A stretch of DNA of 64,000 nucleotides, from contig QCDI01000002.1 in NCBI GenBank assembly GCA_003280965.1, forward strand, positions 42,581 through 106,580, in the 5' to 3' direction. The position numbers were made by a program, and so were the translations under genes. Numbering within the stretch: position 1 is the stretch's first letter; every line of letters begins with the position of its first letter. This document shows positions 62,430 to 64,000 of this stretch, one piece after another. The notes beneath the pieces are model-generated. The model was not told the DNA's origin. It ran no database searches and saw only the letters and a program-made list of their open reading frames with translations. The DNA comes from Prochlorococcus sp. AG-355-B18. GTDB lineage: Bacteria > Cyanobacteriota > Cyanobacteriia > PCC-6307 > Cyanobiaceae.

Positions 62430-64000
62430 TTAACCTCTTGCACCACCTGAAAAGGTAACAAGTTGTCCTTCACGAGTATTTCCACTAGATCCAGTTATCA
62501 AGAAATCTGGTTTTTCTGTTTCATCATTTCTTTTAGCTTCCATTGGAGGCATTGCGCTCATAAAACCTGCTCTAGATGGATTTCTCTTTCTAGAAGAAGC
62601 TCCTTCTGTACCTGTTACCTTATCACCGCGATCCCAATCATCACCAGTTACGTTTCCTACAGATTGTCCTTCACCAGTAATCCTAGATGCGACTCTTTTT
62701 TCTGGTGTCTTTGCAGCACGGTCTGCTTCTTCAATTTCCATTTTTTGCTTATAAGTAATATTTTTATTCGGTTCAAATCTAAATTTTTCAGTACCAGTGA
62801 CCTTATCAACTGCCATATCAAAAGGTCCTGTTACCTTTGAACCATTTTCATATTCATTACCGGTAACACCTTGAGTATTTTTTTCAGAATATTTATCTCT
62901 TGATGGTGACTTGACAGAGAAGTCATTCCAAAAGTTACCTGCTGACTTTTCCGGATTCGCATAAGCAGTATCATGTGGAGGATTATCACAAGCTTGTGAG
63001 AACTGATCTCCACCAACATAAGGAGTTCCTGTTAAGTTTTTACAAGCACCTTTTTTAGCACCTGTCATTACTCCGCCAATTCCTGGTTGTTGTCCTGTAA
63101 GTCTGGCATTTGAATTATTTCCTGAATTAACTGTTGCTCGTGATTTCATATCTTCAGAAGTTTCATTATTACAATTCTCATTAATCTGATCTAAGCCTGC
63201 GTATGGTGTTCCCGTTAACACTTTGCATGAACCTGGTTCATCTCCAGTTACTATTTTTGATCTTCCTGTCATAGTCCCGCTTATTAAATTTGATTTTGAA
63301 GAAAGGCTTAAACCTACTTTTCTAGCTTCTGGTTTTGGTTTTGAACCGCAAAACTTCTCATATTGTTGAGATCCTATGTACTCATCACCAGTTACATTCT
63401 TGCAACTCCCATGTTCATTACCTGTCATATGGTCTGATCTACCTACCCCTGTACCAGTTACATTATTCCCATTAAGAGTGTTGTAACTACCAACTTTTTC
63501 AAATGCTTTACCTTTTGGATTTTGCTCTGAGCCAAGATATTGATCTCCAGTTAACTGATGTCCAGAACCTGATTCATCTCCAGTAACCAGGGTTGATCTA
63601 CCAGGAAGTGATCCAGATACTTTTAATCCATCAGTTGTAGTACTATGTTTAACCTTTGAAGGATTTTTGGGAACATCACCACAATACTTCTGTGATTGAT
63701 TAGCAGATACATATTCAGTTCCTGTAAGATTTTTACAAGTCCCAGGCTCATCGCCTGTGACCCTCTCAGATCTACCAACTTCATTTCCAGTTACTTTATT
63801 ACCTGATGTTGTAGAGGTAACAGTTGATCTAAGTGGCTGTATATAACTTGGTCTATCTTGACAAAATTGATCAACTACTTCTGATCCCATATATTGAGTA
63901 CCAGTTACAGTCCTGCATGTACTTGCTTCATTACCTGTAGTTTTCACAGATCTATTGGCTTGTGTTCCAGTAACTATTTGACCTGAATCAGTTTCACTTT
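62430..64000 (-). CDS. csoS2: Carboxysome assembly protein CsoS2, 5'-truncated by the window end
   Basis: Frame is open to the window edge (SETDSGQIVTGTQANRS precedes the track ORF); [V/I/L]TG triplets and C-terminal ITGSSGN..LVTFSGGARG. Confidence 0.95.
   Translation of the reverse strand, partial: SETDSGQIVTGTQANRSVKTTGNEASTCRTVTGTQYMGSEVVDQFCQDRPSYIQPLRSTVTSTTSGNKVTGNEVGRSERVTGDEPGTCKNLTGTEYVSANQSQKYCGDVPKNPSKVKHSTTTDGLKVSGSLPGRSTLVTGDESGSGHQLTGDQYLGSEQNPKGKAFEKVGSYNTLNGNNVTGTGVGRSDHMTGNEHGSCKNVTGDEYIGSQQYEKFCGSKPKPEARKVGLSLSSKSNLISGTMTGRSKIVTGDEPGSCKVLTGTPYAGLDQINENCNNETSEDMKSRATVNSGNNSNARLTGQQPGIGGVMTGAKKGACKNLTGTPYVGGDQFSQACDNPPHDTAYANPEKSAGNFWNDFSVKSPSRDKYSEKNTQGVTGNEYENGSKVTGPFDMAVDKVTGTEKFRFEPNKNITYKQKMEIEEADRAAKTPEKRVASRITGEGQSVGNVTGDDWDRGDKVTGTEGASSRKRNPSRAGFMSAMPPMEAKRNDETEKPDFLITGSSGNTREGQLVTFSGGARG
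62988..64000 (-). repeat. CsoS2 M-region: six ~50-60 aa degenerate repeats
   Basis: Each unit has three TG/SG motifs, a Tyr and usually a Cys pair (e.g. VTGDEPGTCKNLTGTEY..C); the third unit is shorter and has no Cys. Confidence 0.85.

Noticed and set aside
62463-63019. Extra ORFs in csoS2 (62463-62840 +, 62831-63019 -)
   Set aside because: Shadows of a repetitive gene; the 62-aa same-strand ORF has no initiation signal or motif.
63513-63671. Near matches to the CCCAAAG slippery site (T CCA AAA at 63519-63513; CCC AAA AAT at 63671-63663)
   Set aside because: The first mismatches at the X position, the second is in the wrong register, and both lie mid M-region.

Overview
A gene-dense, AT-rich (roughly 30% GC by eye) core-chromosome segment. 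Gene content, order and composition point to a high-light Prochlorococcus marinus. It runs from comB/aroA/glmU, through men/glg genes, a Mn-type ABC transporter, trpS-thrS-glk-thrB, ndhD, prlC, proA, a TamB-like gene, glgB-hemE-petE-clpB, hisIE, a group 2 sigma factor, cyAbrB, trpA, ndhL, tRNA-Leu(UAA), pyrC, gor/GST, dnaA and hisG, into the 3' half of the alpha-carboxysome operon (csoS2 partial, csoSCA, csoS4A, csoS4B, PCD-like assembly factor). I see no integrase, transposase, prophage, CRISPR array or rRNA, and no clearly novel multi-gene system. The best leads are all inferences needing tests: (1) a ribbon-helix-helix-like protein translationally coupled to trpS; (2) a sigma factor/DUF1232/XRE-HTH/YciI/cyAbrB cluster with an 11-bp x3 tandem repeat upstream; (3) a non-canonical candidate -1 frameshift site at the M/C boundary of csoS2; (4) an orphan TIGR04282/TIGR04283-like transferase pair beside dnaA; (5) an E. 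coli-like thrS embedded in a cyanobacterial operon; (6) a pseudo-GTPase and DUF4336 flanking the Mn transporter. All family calls are from memory of motifs, not database searches.
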